The notes under the pieces: model-generated
What the model saw: only the letters and a program-made list of their open reading frames with translations
Database searches by the model: none
Told to the model about the DNA's origin: nothing
Assembly: GCA_043753995.1 (NCBI GenBank)
Contig: JAYUVP010000191.1
Span: 1 to 19,307 of the forward strand
Direction: 5' to 3'
DNA: 19,307 bases
Source of the DNA: Fibrobacterota bacterium
Lineage (GTDB): Bacteria; Fibrobacterota; Fibrobacteria; UBA11236
Made by a program: the position numbers and the translations under genes
Part shown: positions 1 through 8,328 of the stretch, piece after piece
Numbering within the stretch: the first letter of the stretch is position 1
How the letters are laid out: each line of letters starts with the position of its first letter

Positions 1-1
1 C

Positions 2-1090
2 GGGGCTGCTGGTACTCGGCTCGACATGCTCACCTTCCATGCCAAGGGCGGGGTGAATATGGCCGACAACCATATCCGCATGAATATGGGCGGCCAAATC
101 GGCCAGCACCGGAATTTCTTCAACATTATCCGCGGCTTTCCAGAATACAAGAGCAAGCCCATCGTCATCGGCGAAGCGGACCCGGACGGTTGCGCCGCCT
201 GCCCGACCAGCTCGAATGCGGCCCATGGCTACCGTAACATACCGGTATACGGCGCCTATGTCGCGTCCATGATGAAGCATACCCTTCAGTTGGCCGATAG
301 CCTGGAGGTGAACCTGAAGGGCGTGGTCACCTGGGCCTGGACATTTCCTGGCAGCCCCTATTTTTCAGGCTATCGCGAACTTGCGAATAGCGGAATCCAC
401 AAGCCCGTACTTCAGGCCTTCAAGATGCTGGGAAGGTTGCAAGGCCGACGCATCCCCCTGAAGAGCGACGGGGCCCGAGGGTTGGCGAATATTCTGGCTA
501 GCAGCGTCCGCAATGCGCCCGACATTGACGGATTAGCCTCCAAAACCGAGAAACAGGTCACCGTGCTGCTATGGAATTACCATGACGACGTGGTGCCCGC
601 CTCCGCTGCGAGGATGCATTTGGAAATCACGGTTCCCGCCGGTTTTCCAGCCGAGGTGCGCCTGACCCATTACCGTATGGATAGCACGCGAAGCAATGCC
701 TATTCCGCCTGGCAGAAAATGGGAAGCCCCCAGCCACCCACGGCGGCCCAAATCACCCAGTTGAAAACCGCCATGGCCCTGGAAACCCTGGAGCCACCCC
801 GCCTAATCAAGGTGGATAGAGGCAAGGTCACCGTGGACTTCGATTTCCCCAGGCATGCCGTCTCTCTTATTCTAGTGGAAAACCCAGGGACAACCGGCAT
901 CCGGGCGGATGGCCAACCGCAGGGAAAGGCATCAGCAAACACAGCCTTGCCAGGGGGGAGTCGGCACCACGCCGGCCTATTACCCGTGCCTAAGGCCGGT
1001 GGGTGGAATGTTTTCGATGTTCGGGGGCGAGCCTTGGGGCATTTGAACGGCCCAGACCGAGAAGCAAAGCCGCCCGTAACCGGCGAATGA
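2..1090 (+). CDS. GH39 family glycoside hydrolase (beta-xylosidase-like), 5'-truncated by the window edge, with a basic C-terminal sorting-like tail
   Basis: The frame is open from base 2 (GAAGTRLDMLTFHAKGG), so the ATG at 26 is internal. GH39-type motifs: LDxxTFHAKG, PIVIGEADPDGCAAC (nucleophile Glu), TWAW-F, and HYRMDSTRSNAYSAWQKMGSPQ in the C-terminal beta-sandwich. The tail contains FDVRGR. Confidence 0.88.
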   Translation, partial: GAAGTRLDMLTFHAKGGVNMADNHIRMNMGGQIGQHRNFFNIIRGFPEYKSKPIVIGEADPDGCAACPTSSNAAHGYRNIPVYGAYVASMMKHTLQLADSLEVNLKGVVTWAWTFPGSPYFSGYRELANSGIHKPVLQAFKMLGRLQGRRIPLKSDGARGLANILASSVRNAPDIDGLASKTEKQVTVLLWNYHDDVVPASAARMHLEITVPAGFPAEVRLTHYRMDSTRSNAYSAWQKMGSPQPPTAAQITQLKTAMALETLEPPRLIKVDRGKVTVDFDFPRHAVSLILVENPGTTGIRADGQPQGKASANTALPGGSRHHAGLLPVPKAGGWNVFDVRGRALGHLNGPDREAKPPVTGE

Positions 1091-1130
1091 CCTCTAGGGG
1101 TACCCAGAGGGTTTGCCTAGAAAGCCGCTT

Positions 1131-2165
1131 TTAATTTCGTTGTGACGGCTTTTGCACGATGACGCCATACCACCCAAGGCCGTCATATTCCTGATAACCT
1201 AAGGTGCGCGCAAAGGCGATACATTCACCCTGTTTGTTGGGGTAATACCCCTTGCTGCGGCCGCCAGCATTCAGTGAGAACGGTGTGAGCAAGTCCTTTC
1301 CATCCGATGCCGCGATAATTCTGAGATGGTGATCGAGTAGTAGAACGCGGGTGTATTGCCACTCTTCCGGGGAAAGGTTTGGTTCATTTTTTACGATGAC
1401 CCGCGCTTGCTCATCCCAATCGAAATAAACGCCGAGAGCCCCAAGCACCTTGCCGTCGATTCGGCCCCCTTCGCGAACGGCCGTGGCATAGACGGCGACC
1501 AACTTTCCCTCATGGAAAGTATCGGCGAAAATCTCATCGACGACATATTGATCACCGCTACCGGTAGCCAAGCCACGAATCACCCAAGGAGATTGCGAGA
1601 GATTGGCCCCATTCACCTTGGCAAACTTCTCAGGTTGTGAGCTGGCGACCACCTTGCCTTGGGTATCGACCAAAACGAGGTTCAGGTAAACCGAATAGAA
1701 ACGGTTGATTAGGGAAAGTCTCAAGGCCGCATGCTCTCTGCTAACCTTATCACAAGCTTCTAGGCAACGGTATAAAGAATCGTCGGTGGCCCACCAACGC
1801 ACATCGGCGGTGCGCTCATATAGATTACGCACAATGAGTTGCACCAAGGTTTGAGCCATTTCCGTGAGTCGTTCAAATTCCTTGGTGTCGACCTGTTTTT
1901 TCAAGGTGTCGGTTTGATCTTTTAATTCGGTCAGAACCTTGGTGCGTAATTCCTTTGAATTGACTGCGGCTTGACTTGCGAGAAGCTTCACCTCGGCGGC
2001 CACAACCGAAAAACCCTTCCCCGCCTCCCCGGCGCGCGCGGCTTCGATGGAAGCGTTCAAAGCCAATAAATGCGTTTGGCTGGCGATTTTCTCATTGTTT
2101 TGGGCAAAACTCTCTACTCTTCCCTGAATGTTCTGAATAATATCGGAAATGCTCACCGCACTCAT
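1131..2165 (-). CDS. Soluble methyl-accepting chemotaxis protein: N-terminal MCP signalling hairpin plus C-terminal Cache-like sensor domain
   Basis: MCP tip motif [37 protein letters not shown] near the N-terminus. No hydrophobic TM segment. The C-terminal region has Cache-like features ([20 protein letters not shown]...[17 protein letters not shown]). The start is moved from 2240 to ATG 2165 because GGGAGA lies just upstream. Confidence 0.85.
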   Translation of the reverse strand: MSAVSISDIIQNIQGRVESFAQNNEKIASQTHLLALNASIEAARAGEAGKGFSVVAAEVKLLASQAAVNSKELRTKVLTELKDQTDTLKKQVDTKEFERLTEMAQTLVQLIVRNLYERTADVRWWATDDSLYRCLEACDKVSREHAALRLSLINRFYSVYLNLVLVDTQGKVVASSQPEKFAKVNGANLSQSPWVIRGLATGSGDQYVVDEIFADTFHEGKLVAVYATAVREGGRIDGKVLGALGVYFDWDEQARVIVKNEPNLSPEEWQYTRVLLLDHHLRIIAASDGKDLLTPFSLNAGGRSKGYYPNKQGECIAFARTLGYQEYDGLGWYGVIVQKPSQRN

Positions 2166-2730
2166 GATTGTCTCCCTGACCGCATGGATTATAGAGCTTG
2201 GGCGCAAGAAAGGGCAAAGAGAAATCAAATCCCCGTCCACTTAAGGCAGTATAGTGTTCCTTCCAACAAATACTGGGAATGTGATTACTGACTCATATCA
2301 GGGGTTTGTCCGCCATTGGCGCCCCCACTTAGGGGCCTTTGTCGTGCGTTATCGGATCGACTATTCTGGCCTATCCTTTAGGGCGCGCCCGTGCTGGAAG
2401 TACTAGACTTCAGATTTCGGCCCAAGATGTCATGCCTTTTTGAAAAATGCACCGAGTCCTATTCATCGTATTCGGGAGTGTTCTCTACGTCATAGTTTTC
2501 GCCATGACGATAAATAGAATGCTCATCCCATCGGCCCGAGGAGGTATAACTAACCATCCTATCCGACCATTGATAATCAATGATATTTCCATTTTCTTTG
2601 CCCTTGGGGAAGGCGAGGCCGACAGGAGCATCGGAGCAAGGCGGGCCGAGCCTGGGGGGCGTTTGGATGGCCCAGAACGAGAGGCTGAGCCCCCCGTAAA
2701 AAGGGTACACGAACAACGAAGAAAAAGAAG

Positions 2731-3822
2731 TCAGCGAGTCAGCGGCAAACGCCGTCCCGAGAGATCGACGATTCCGTTATGGCCAGGCCTCATGAGAAAA
2801 AAGGCTGCGTCCGCGGTCAAAGACAACTTGGGTTCTCGTCGATTCCTTCGGGTTCTTGGCAAGATGGCTAGCCTGCCGTGCGATGTCCAAAAAGCACCCG
2901 GGGGTATACCCACGGTTGCCATGTAAATATTGTCGCGATTGATGGCCATGGCTAGAATGGATTCCGGCGCTTCGGGGATTTCGCTCCAAGTCAATCCCCC
3001 ATCGCCAGATAGGAATAGATAGTCGCCACCGAAAGAGCCCGATCGGGCCACCGCGAGAAGACCGTCGGAGCTAACCATGTCGCAGATGAAACCGTCCTTT
3101 TCAAAAACGATTTTCTGACCCGGGCTCTTGGACCATGTATTCCCAAGGTCGGGCGAAAAGTGTATGCTGTCATCACTCGCCAACAATAAATTCGTCCCAA
3201 GGATGACCAGGTCCTCGGCCTCTTCATTATCGCCGCTCTGATACGGGATGGCCTTCCAAGTAAGCCCACCGTCTTGGGAGCGAAACAAGGTGCTTGAGCT
3301 GAAGAGACCACCGCCCAGGGCAACAAAAATATTCAACCCAGAAACAGCCAAGCTTTTGACTTTGGACTGGGAAATTCCAGTGGGCCGCGACCATGTGACT
3401 CCCGCGTCGCCGGATATTTGCAGGCCTTCATCGGTACCGGCAAATAACTTTCCGCCATCATAAATTAAGGCATGTATCCATTGATTCTTCAGACCCGGTA
3501 ATAAGCTCCAATTGGCGCCTTGATCGGAGGTGGCATAGATTCCATAGCCCGCGGCTAATACTCGGCTACCCTCGAAAGCAAAGGCATTCGTCGACTCGGT
3601 GGCGAGCGAGGCTGGCGTGGGTTTATAACCCGTTCCATCGGCAGAGAAGGTGTAAATGCCTTTGCCTTGGGTGCCCACATAGACGGTATTTCCGAATACG
3701 GCCATGCTATGGGAAGAGAGTCCACTGGTTCCTTGCACCGGACTCACAGCTCCCCATCCCTCCACTATCGCTAGGGCCATGACCGTGGTTGCGATCCAGG
3801 CTTGTGCAATCCGACTTCTCAT
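2731..3822 (-). CDS. Secreted BNR/Asp-box (WD40/YVTN-like) beta-propeller protein
   Basis: N-terminal signal peptide (MRSRIAQAWIATTVMALAIVEGWG). Five Asp-box repeats: SDQGANW, SGDAGVTW, SQDGGLTW, SPDLGNTW, SGDGGLTW. Basic tail ending VDLSGRRLPLTR. Confidence 0.82.
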   Translation of the reverse strand: MRSRIAQAWIATTVMALAIVEGWGAVSPVQGTSGLSSHSMAVFGNTVYVGTQGKGIYTFSADGTGYKPTPASLATESTNAFAFEGSRVLAAGYGIYATSDQGANWSLLPGLKNQWIHALIYDGGKLFAGTDEGLQISGDAGVTWSRPTGISQSKVKSLAVSGLNIFVALGGGLFSSSTLFRSQDGGLTWKAIPYQSGDNEEAEDLVILGTNLLLASDDSIHFSPDLGNTWSKSPGQKIVFEKDGFICDMVSSDGLLAVARSGSFGGDYLFLSGDGGLTWSEIPEAPESILAMAINRDNIYMATVGIPPGAFWTSHGRLAILPRTRRNRREPKLSLTADAAFFLMRPGHNGIVDLSGRRLPLTR

Positions 3823-3913
3823 GGGACCGTCCTTCGTTCAACAAGGTTAGATGATTGAGCCACGCCATTTGTCGCGAAATATTCAAGTAAGCCTGTATAG
3901 CCTTCGCACCCTC

Positions 3914-5284
3914 TCAGTCGCGGCGCCCGATTTTAAGCAGAGAGAGTGCTGGCCCCGTCATAGCCGTTGTTGCCAGAGCCATCAATACCATCATGGAGAA
4001 AAGTGCGGGCGTAAGGATGCCAAGATCGAGTCCGATATTGAGGACAATGAGCTCCATGAGGCCGCGGGTATTCATGAGGGCCCCCAAGGCAAAACTCTGT
4101 TTCCAAGGTGTCCCCATGAAGCGTGCCGCCAGGCATCCGCCTCCCATCTTCCCCACCACGGCTAAGACTAAAATCAAGGCCGCCAAGCCCCAGTCTTGCG
4201 CCCCATTCAAGAGGCTCAGCTCGGTTCTCAGGCCGGTGGCGGCGAAGAAAATGGGCAGCAAGTAAAGCGAGGCCGAGTATTCGAGCCGCTCTTTGAGAAA
4301 GGCCTTGAGGCCTATATGATCGGGGATGATGGCCCCCGCCAGGAAGGCACCGAATAAGGCATGAATGCCCAGAGTCTCGGTGGCCAGGGCGCTGAGGAAG
4401 AGGCCGATGAGGAGAAGGGTCGCCGTGCCTTTGCCGGGCAGGCCAGGATCCGAGAGCTTGAGCAGCCATCGGCTAAGCAAGGGTCGAATGATATAGAGCA
4501 TGAAAACCACATAGAGAGCAGCGCCCGCCGCGATCCACAAGGCTGACAGGGGACTTTCGGCCCTGGCCACCGCGATGACGACGGCTAGGATGGACCAGGC
4601 GGTGACATCGTCCACGGCGGCGCAGCCCAAGGCCGTGATGCCAAGGGTGCTGCCAGTCAAGCCGCGCTCCTCAAGAATGCGGGCTAGCACGGGGAAAGCG
4701 GTGATGCTCATGGCGATGCCCATGAAGAGGGCGAAGGGCAGGAAGCGCACGCCCTGGGGAGCATGGGTGCGGTAGACCAGCAGGGCCGCGCAAAGTCCTA
4801 GGAAGAAAGGGATGACTATGCTGGCATGGCTTACGAAAAGGGTGGTGCGGGCATGCTTGCGGAGAGTTCCCAAATCCATGTCGAGGCCAACGCCGAACAT
4901 GAAGAGCAGAATGCCCACCTTGCTGAGCAGGGAAAGGTTGGAGAGGCTGGCGGGAGGGAATAAAAAGGCTTCGGCAGCGGGCCAGGCCCAGCCCAGCAAG
5001 GAAGGGCCGAGGAGAATGCCGGCGGCCATTTGTCCCACCACGGCGGGCTGGCCAATCTTGCGGAAGAGATTGCCGCAGAGGAGACAGGCCATCATAATGG
5101 TGACGAGCTGAATGAGTAGGGTAGGCAGGGGTCCCAGGATCATTCCATGGGTGCCAGCTCCTGGTGCCGCAAGACCAGCAACGGAGGGGGTTGGCCCATT
5201 TCCTAGCTGAAGTATGGTCCAGCCGGCAAAACCGAAGACCAGGATCAAAAGGAGATAAGCTGTCATTCCGCGTGTTTTAGACAT
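3914..5284 (-). CDS. Cation:proton antiporter (CPA2 / Na_H_Exchanger, KefB/CHX-like), membrane domain only
   Basis: About 13 hydrophobic segments. Motifs GQPAVVGQMAAGILLGPS, MSITAFPVLARIL, AAVDDV, GIHALFGAFLAG, LPIFF..TGL, GKMGG and MNTRGLMEL. No C-terminal KTN or USP domain. Confidence 0.92.
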   Translation of the reverse strand: MSKTRGMTAYLLLILVFGFAGWTILQLGNGPTPSVAGLAAPGAGTHGMILGPLPTLLIQLVTIMMACLLCGNLFRKIGQPAVVGQMAAGILLGPSLLGWAWPAAEAFLFPPASLSNLSLLSKVGILLFMFGVGLDMDLGTLRKHARTTLFVSHASIVIPFFLGLCAALLVYRTHAPQGVRFLPFALFMGIAMSITAFPVLARILEERGLTGSTLGITALGCAAVDDVTAWSILAVVIAVARAESPLSALWIAAGAALYVVFMLYIIRPLLSRWLLKLSDPGLPGKGTATLLLIGLFLSALATETLGIHALFGAFLAGAIIPDHIGLKAFLKERLEYSASLYLLPIFFAATGLRTELSLLNGAQDWGLAALILVLAVVGKMGGGCLAARFMGTPWKQSFALGALMNTRGLMELIVLNIGLDLGILTPALFSMMVLMALATTAMTGPALSLLKIGRRD

Positions 5285-5455
5285 AATCGGGGTGGAAACT
5301 TAGAAAGGGGCCTTGCGGAGGGTCGGCCTTTTTGTTTGCCGACGGGAAACAGATTAAGTCTTTCCGATAGCCTGAAATGAATATTCTAATGCGATATTTG
5401 TATCAGTAAATCATTTTTCAAGAATGCGCCCGCGGGATCCCAACCCAACTTCACT

Positions 5456-6409
5456 TTGGGCGACCTGCTTTCGGGCCAGGTCATCGTGGCGAACAATCTG
5501 AGTCATTTCGGCAGCCCATTGATGGACCAAGGCAAACAGCATGCCATCCAGGCAGCCATCGAGACCGAGGGGCGCGGCTACCTCGGTTTTCACGCGACCG
5601 CCGACAACCAAAATGAGGGATGGTTTTGGTTGAACCATGTCCTATACCCCTTGAATTTCCGTGGCCACGGCCCGCGCGCGACCGTGCCGGTGTACAAGCA
5701 TTTGGCCGAGGCCAAGCACATCCTCCTGGAGGGCGTCTTGGCGAAGGGGACCACTCTGGCCACCACTCCCGACGAAATAGGCACCGCCGGGAACGAAAAA
5801 CTCTCCTACGTCCCGGTGCCCACTCGCATGATGAGAAATGAGTGTTACAGATTCGGACGCCAAATCGCCGACGACCCGGCCTTCAAGGACAAGGTGACCA
5901 TCCTTCTCAAATTCGATCCGCGTAGCTTAAGCGAGGCTGAGCTGGAAACTCAGTACCGCCGCAAGGGTGGCAATCTATACAGCTACCTCTACAAGGTCGG
6001 CGCCGGAATGACTTCCTACATCTATGCTGGCCATGAAAATGATGAGCTATTGGATCCCAATACCGGCTTCGATGGCGGCGTAGGAGATTTTGACCGCTAT
6101 GTAGCTCAGACTCTCTTTTTCCTGGCGGGTTATGACACCACCGCCTGTGACAATTCGTGCAATGGGCTGCCAGTGATCAATGCTCAGAACCACCTCCCCG
6201 ACCCACCGCCCTTCGACCCTCCGCTTCTCACCCAAAACCCCAAGGCCATATTCTTGGCGAACCAGATCTCCTTCAACGCCCGCGGACTCCTGGCAGGGGT
6301 TTACTTCCCTCAAAACTTGTTTTTCTTCTTGGGTTTCTTCGGCGCGGTTTTCACCTCAACTAAATGGGCATCGAGCTGTGGGCGGCGCCCCTCCCAGAAA
6401 TTCCGGTAA
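5456..6409 (+). CDS. ThuA-like (class I glutamine amidotransferase-like fold) domain protein, probably truncated or degraded at both ends
   Basis: ThuA-type motifs: FTLGDLLSGQVIVANN, GRGYLGFHAT, FRGHG, NECYRF (DEWY-like) and YAGHE. Only a TTG start with no clear RBS. The 3' end overlaps the antisense ArsR gene by 100 nt. Confidence 0.6.
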   Translation: MGDLLSGQVIVANNLSHFGSPLMDQGKQHAIQAAIETEGRGYLGFHATADNQNEGWFWLNHVLYPLNFRGHGPRATVPVYKHLAEAKHILLEGVLAKGTTLATTPDEIGTAGNEKLSYVPVPTRMMRNECYRFGRQIADDPAFKDKVTILLKFDPRSLSEAELETQYRRKGGNLYSYLYKVGAGMTSYIYAGHENDELLDPNTGFDGGVGDFDRYVAQTLFFLAGYDTTACDNSCNGLPVINAQNHLPDPPPFDPPLLTQNPKAIFLANQISFNARGLLAGVYFPQNLFFFLGFFGAVFTSTKWASSCGRRPSQKFR

Positions 6410-6693
6410 TTCTCCAGCCACTCGTTAGCCTCCGCGAGAGGCTCGGCCTCAAGCTTTCGAGGGCGCCGCTGGGCGTCCCGGCCAATGGAAACCAAACCCG
6501 CTTTCTCCAAGACACGGAGGTGTTTGGAGATTGCCGGCTGGGTCATCGCGAAGGGGGCGGCCAATTCGGTGACAGTGGACTCGCCATCCGCCAAATGGGT
6601 TAAAATCGCGCGTCGGGTGGGATCCGCCAGGGCGGCAAAAATGGCGTCCAAGTGGGGTGACGCGAGAGCAAATCCATAACCTATTGGTTTCAT
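6310..6693 (-). CDS. ArsR/SmtB family transcriptional regulator (subtype usually paired with SRPBCC genes)
   Basis: LDAIFAALADPTRRAIL, TVTELAAPFAMTQPAISKHLRVLEKAGLV and WLENYRNFWE are characteristic of this ArsR subgroup. Confidence 0.9.
   Translation of the reverse strand: MKPIGYGFALASPHLDAIFAALADPTRRAILTHLADGESTVTELAAPFAMTQPAISKHLRVLEKAGLVSIGRDAQRRPRKLEAEPLAEANEWLENYRNFWEGRRPQLDAHLVEVKTAPKKPKKKNKF
6678..6689. promoter_or_regulatory. Candidate ArsR autoregulatory operator AACC-N4-GGTT
   Basis: The inverted repeat AACC-TATT-GGTT lies in the first codons of the ArsR gene, just downstream of its predicted promoter. Confidence 0.5.
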
Positions 6694-6704
6694 AACTAAG
6701 TAGC

Positions 6705-6733
6705 AATATATAGCAGTATCATATTACCGTCAA
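6705..6733 (-). promoter_or_regulatory. Sigma70-type promoter of the ArsR gene
   Basis: Minus strand TTGACG (6733-6728), 17-nt spacer, TATATT (6710-6705). The predicted start site is about 5 nt before ATG 6693, so the transcript would be near-leaderless. Confidence 0.6.
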
Positions 6734-6773
6734 AACGCCATCCAACCTGGTATGGCTGGGGTCGCCATGCCCT

Positions 6774-8327
6774 ATGATTTGCGGTGAAACCCTAGCGCCT
6801 ACTGTGAAACTACTGACCCGATACATAAACGTCGACTACGCCTTCTTTCAGAAAGCTATTCCGGTCATTGGCTGGCTGGGTTTGGTGGGCAATTCGTCTT
6901 TCTATGCGATATTGCGTTTCGGATTCAAGTATTGGGAGGCATGGGAGCTGCGTCTGCTGGCCATGCTCTTTTCGTTTTCCCTTGTCTTTTACCCCAAAGA
7001 CAGGACCCTCAAGTCGTGGCAAAAGGCTTATTTCGAATGCGTGCTGGCGTTCATGCTACCTGGCATGTTCACCATCCTCTTCTTACGCAATGGCTGCAAT
7101 ACCTATTGGTTTGCTTCTCTGGTCTTCGCCGGGTTAACCCATGGCCTGATGTCGAAGCCCCAAATCTTTGCCTGGAGCTATTTGCTGGCCGCAGGCACCG
7201 CAACCCTGGAGCATCTCCAACAGTTTCCTGGCAATGGCCCCTTGGTCTTGACCAGCATGCAGGCCCAGCTTATCGCGTATTTCATGGGCATTATCGCCAC
7301 CGGCGTCAAGACGACCATGGAGCTTTCGCATGTCAAAATCATGAGCGCGCAAATCGCCCTTGCCGAAGCCGAGAATAATCTCAAGCATGCTGAAGATATC
7401 CGCATGGCCTACGAAGAGCTGAAGAAGCGCGAAGAGCTCATTCGTGTTTTCGTGCGCCCTTCCTTGGTCGAGGAGATAAGAAGCGGAAAAGATCCTTCGG
7501 TGTTTCAGCCCACCATGCGCAATCTCGCCATTTTATTTTGTGATATACGTGACTTCACGAAATTAACCGAGATCTTGAACCCCTACGAAAAGCAGACCTA
7601 TTTAAATCAGTATTTCACCATGATGACCCATCCCATCGTGGCGAATAAAGGCGAGGTCGACAAAATTATGGGGGATTGTGTCATGGGCATATTCCCTGAT
7701 GGAGAGAGCGCCACCCGAGCGGCCATAGGCATGCGTTTGGAATTGCAGAAGTTCAATCAGAAGATGTATGCCACCGGCCAGCACCTCATCAAGAATGGCA
7801 TAGGCATAGCGAAGGGCGAGGTGATGGTGGGCAATTTCGGGTCTTTCGAAAAACTCGATCGCACCGTTATTGGCGAAGCGGTGAACATTGCCGCCCGGCT
7901 GGAGTCAAAGACCAAGATGTACAACCTCGACACCATCGTCACCGAAGATGTCATTCGCGATATGGGCGAAGCTCCGGCCCACGTGCGCTGGATTGACTTG
8001 GTGCAGGTAAAAGGTTCGACCCGCCGTCTCAAGGTCTATGAAATTTACGGCCACCAACCCGAAGAGGTGCGGCGGTTCAAGGACGAGACGCGCGACTTAT
8101 TCGAAAAGGCGCTTACCATTTATTTCCGCAAGGGATTCAAGGACGCATCCCGACTTTTCAAGGCCATGCTCGAACGCGTGCCACCGCATCGGCACCAGCC
8201 CGGCGAATTGATGGACACTCTCTTGCGATACTATATCGCCCATTGCGATGCCTGGATCAATGACAAGACCGGCTCGTGGGAGCAGATCGAAAAATGGGAT
8301 GGCGTGCATGTCTTTTTCGAAAAGTGA
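6774..8327 (+). CDS. Membrane-bound class III adenylate cyclase with a ~6-TM CqsS/LqsS-like N-terminal sensor domain
   Basis: All six canonical catalytic positions are visible: FCDIRDFT (metal Asp), VDKIMGD (Lys for ATP, second Asp), DRTVIG (Thr, class IIIb-like) and VNIAARLE (Asn, Arg). Also a hydrophobic N-terminus (aa ~28-180), a coiled-coil linker, and a helical C-terminal extension ending WDGVHVFFEK. An alternative start is GTG 6804. Confidence 0.92.
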   Translation: MICGETLAPTVKLLTRYINVDYAFFQKAIPVIGWLGLVGNSSFYAILRFGFKYWEAWELRLLAMLFSFSLVFYPKDRTLKSWQKAYFECVLAFMLPGMFTILFLRNGCNTYWFASLVFAGLTHGLMSKPQIFAWSYLLAAGTATLEHLQQFPGNGPLVLTSMQAQLIAYFMGIIATGVKTTMELSHVKIMSAQIALAEAENNLKHAEDIRMAYEELKKREELIRVFVRPSLVEEIRSGKDPSVFQPTMRNLAILFCDIRDFTKLTEILNPYEKQTYLNQYFTMMTHPIVANKGEVDKIMGDCVMGIFPDGESATRAAIGMRLELQKFNQKMYATGQHLIKNGIGIAKGEVMVGNFGSFEKLDRTVIGEAVNIAARLESKTKMYNLDTIVTEDVIRDMGEAPAHVRWIDLVQVKGSTRRLKVYEIYGHQPEEVRRFKDETRDLFEKALTIYFRKGFKDASRLFKAMLERVPPHRHQPGELMDTLLRYYIAHCDAWINDKTGSWEQIEKWDGVHVFFEK

Positions 8328-8328
8328 T

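Noticed and set aside
1091..1110. CCTCT-A-GGG/CCC-AGAGG hairpin between convergent genes as a terminator
   Set aside because: Bulged short stem with no adjacent U-tract on either strand; too weak to call.
2447..2926. ORFs 2447..2926 (+) and 2459..2716 (-)
   Set aside because: No motifs or clear RBS. They run across a structured GC-rich element, and the + ORF overlaps the propeller gene antisense.
5303..5343. Hairpins upstream of the antiporter as a Na+/Li+ or c-di-AMP riboswitch
   Set aside because: Only short stems (GTCGGC/GCCGAC; AAAGGGGCC/GGCCTTTTT), with no recognisable aptamer consensus.
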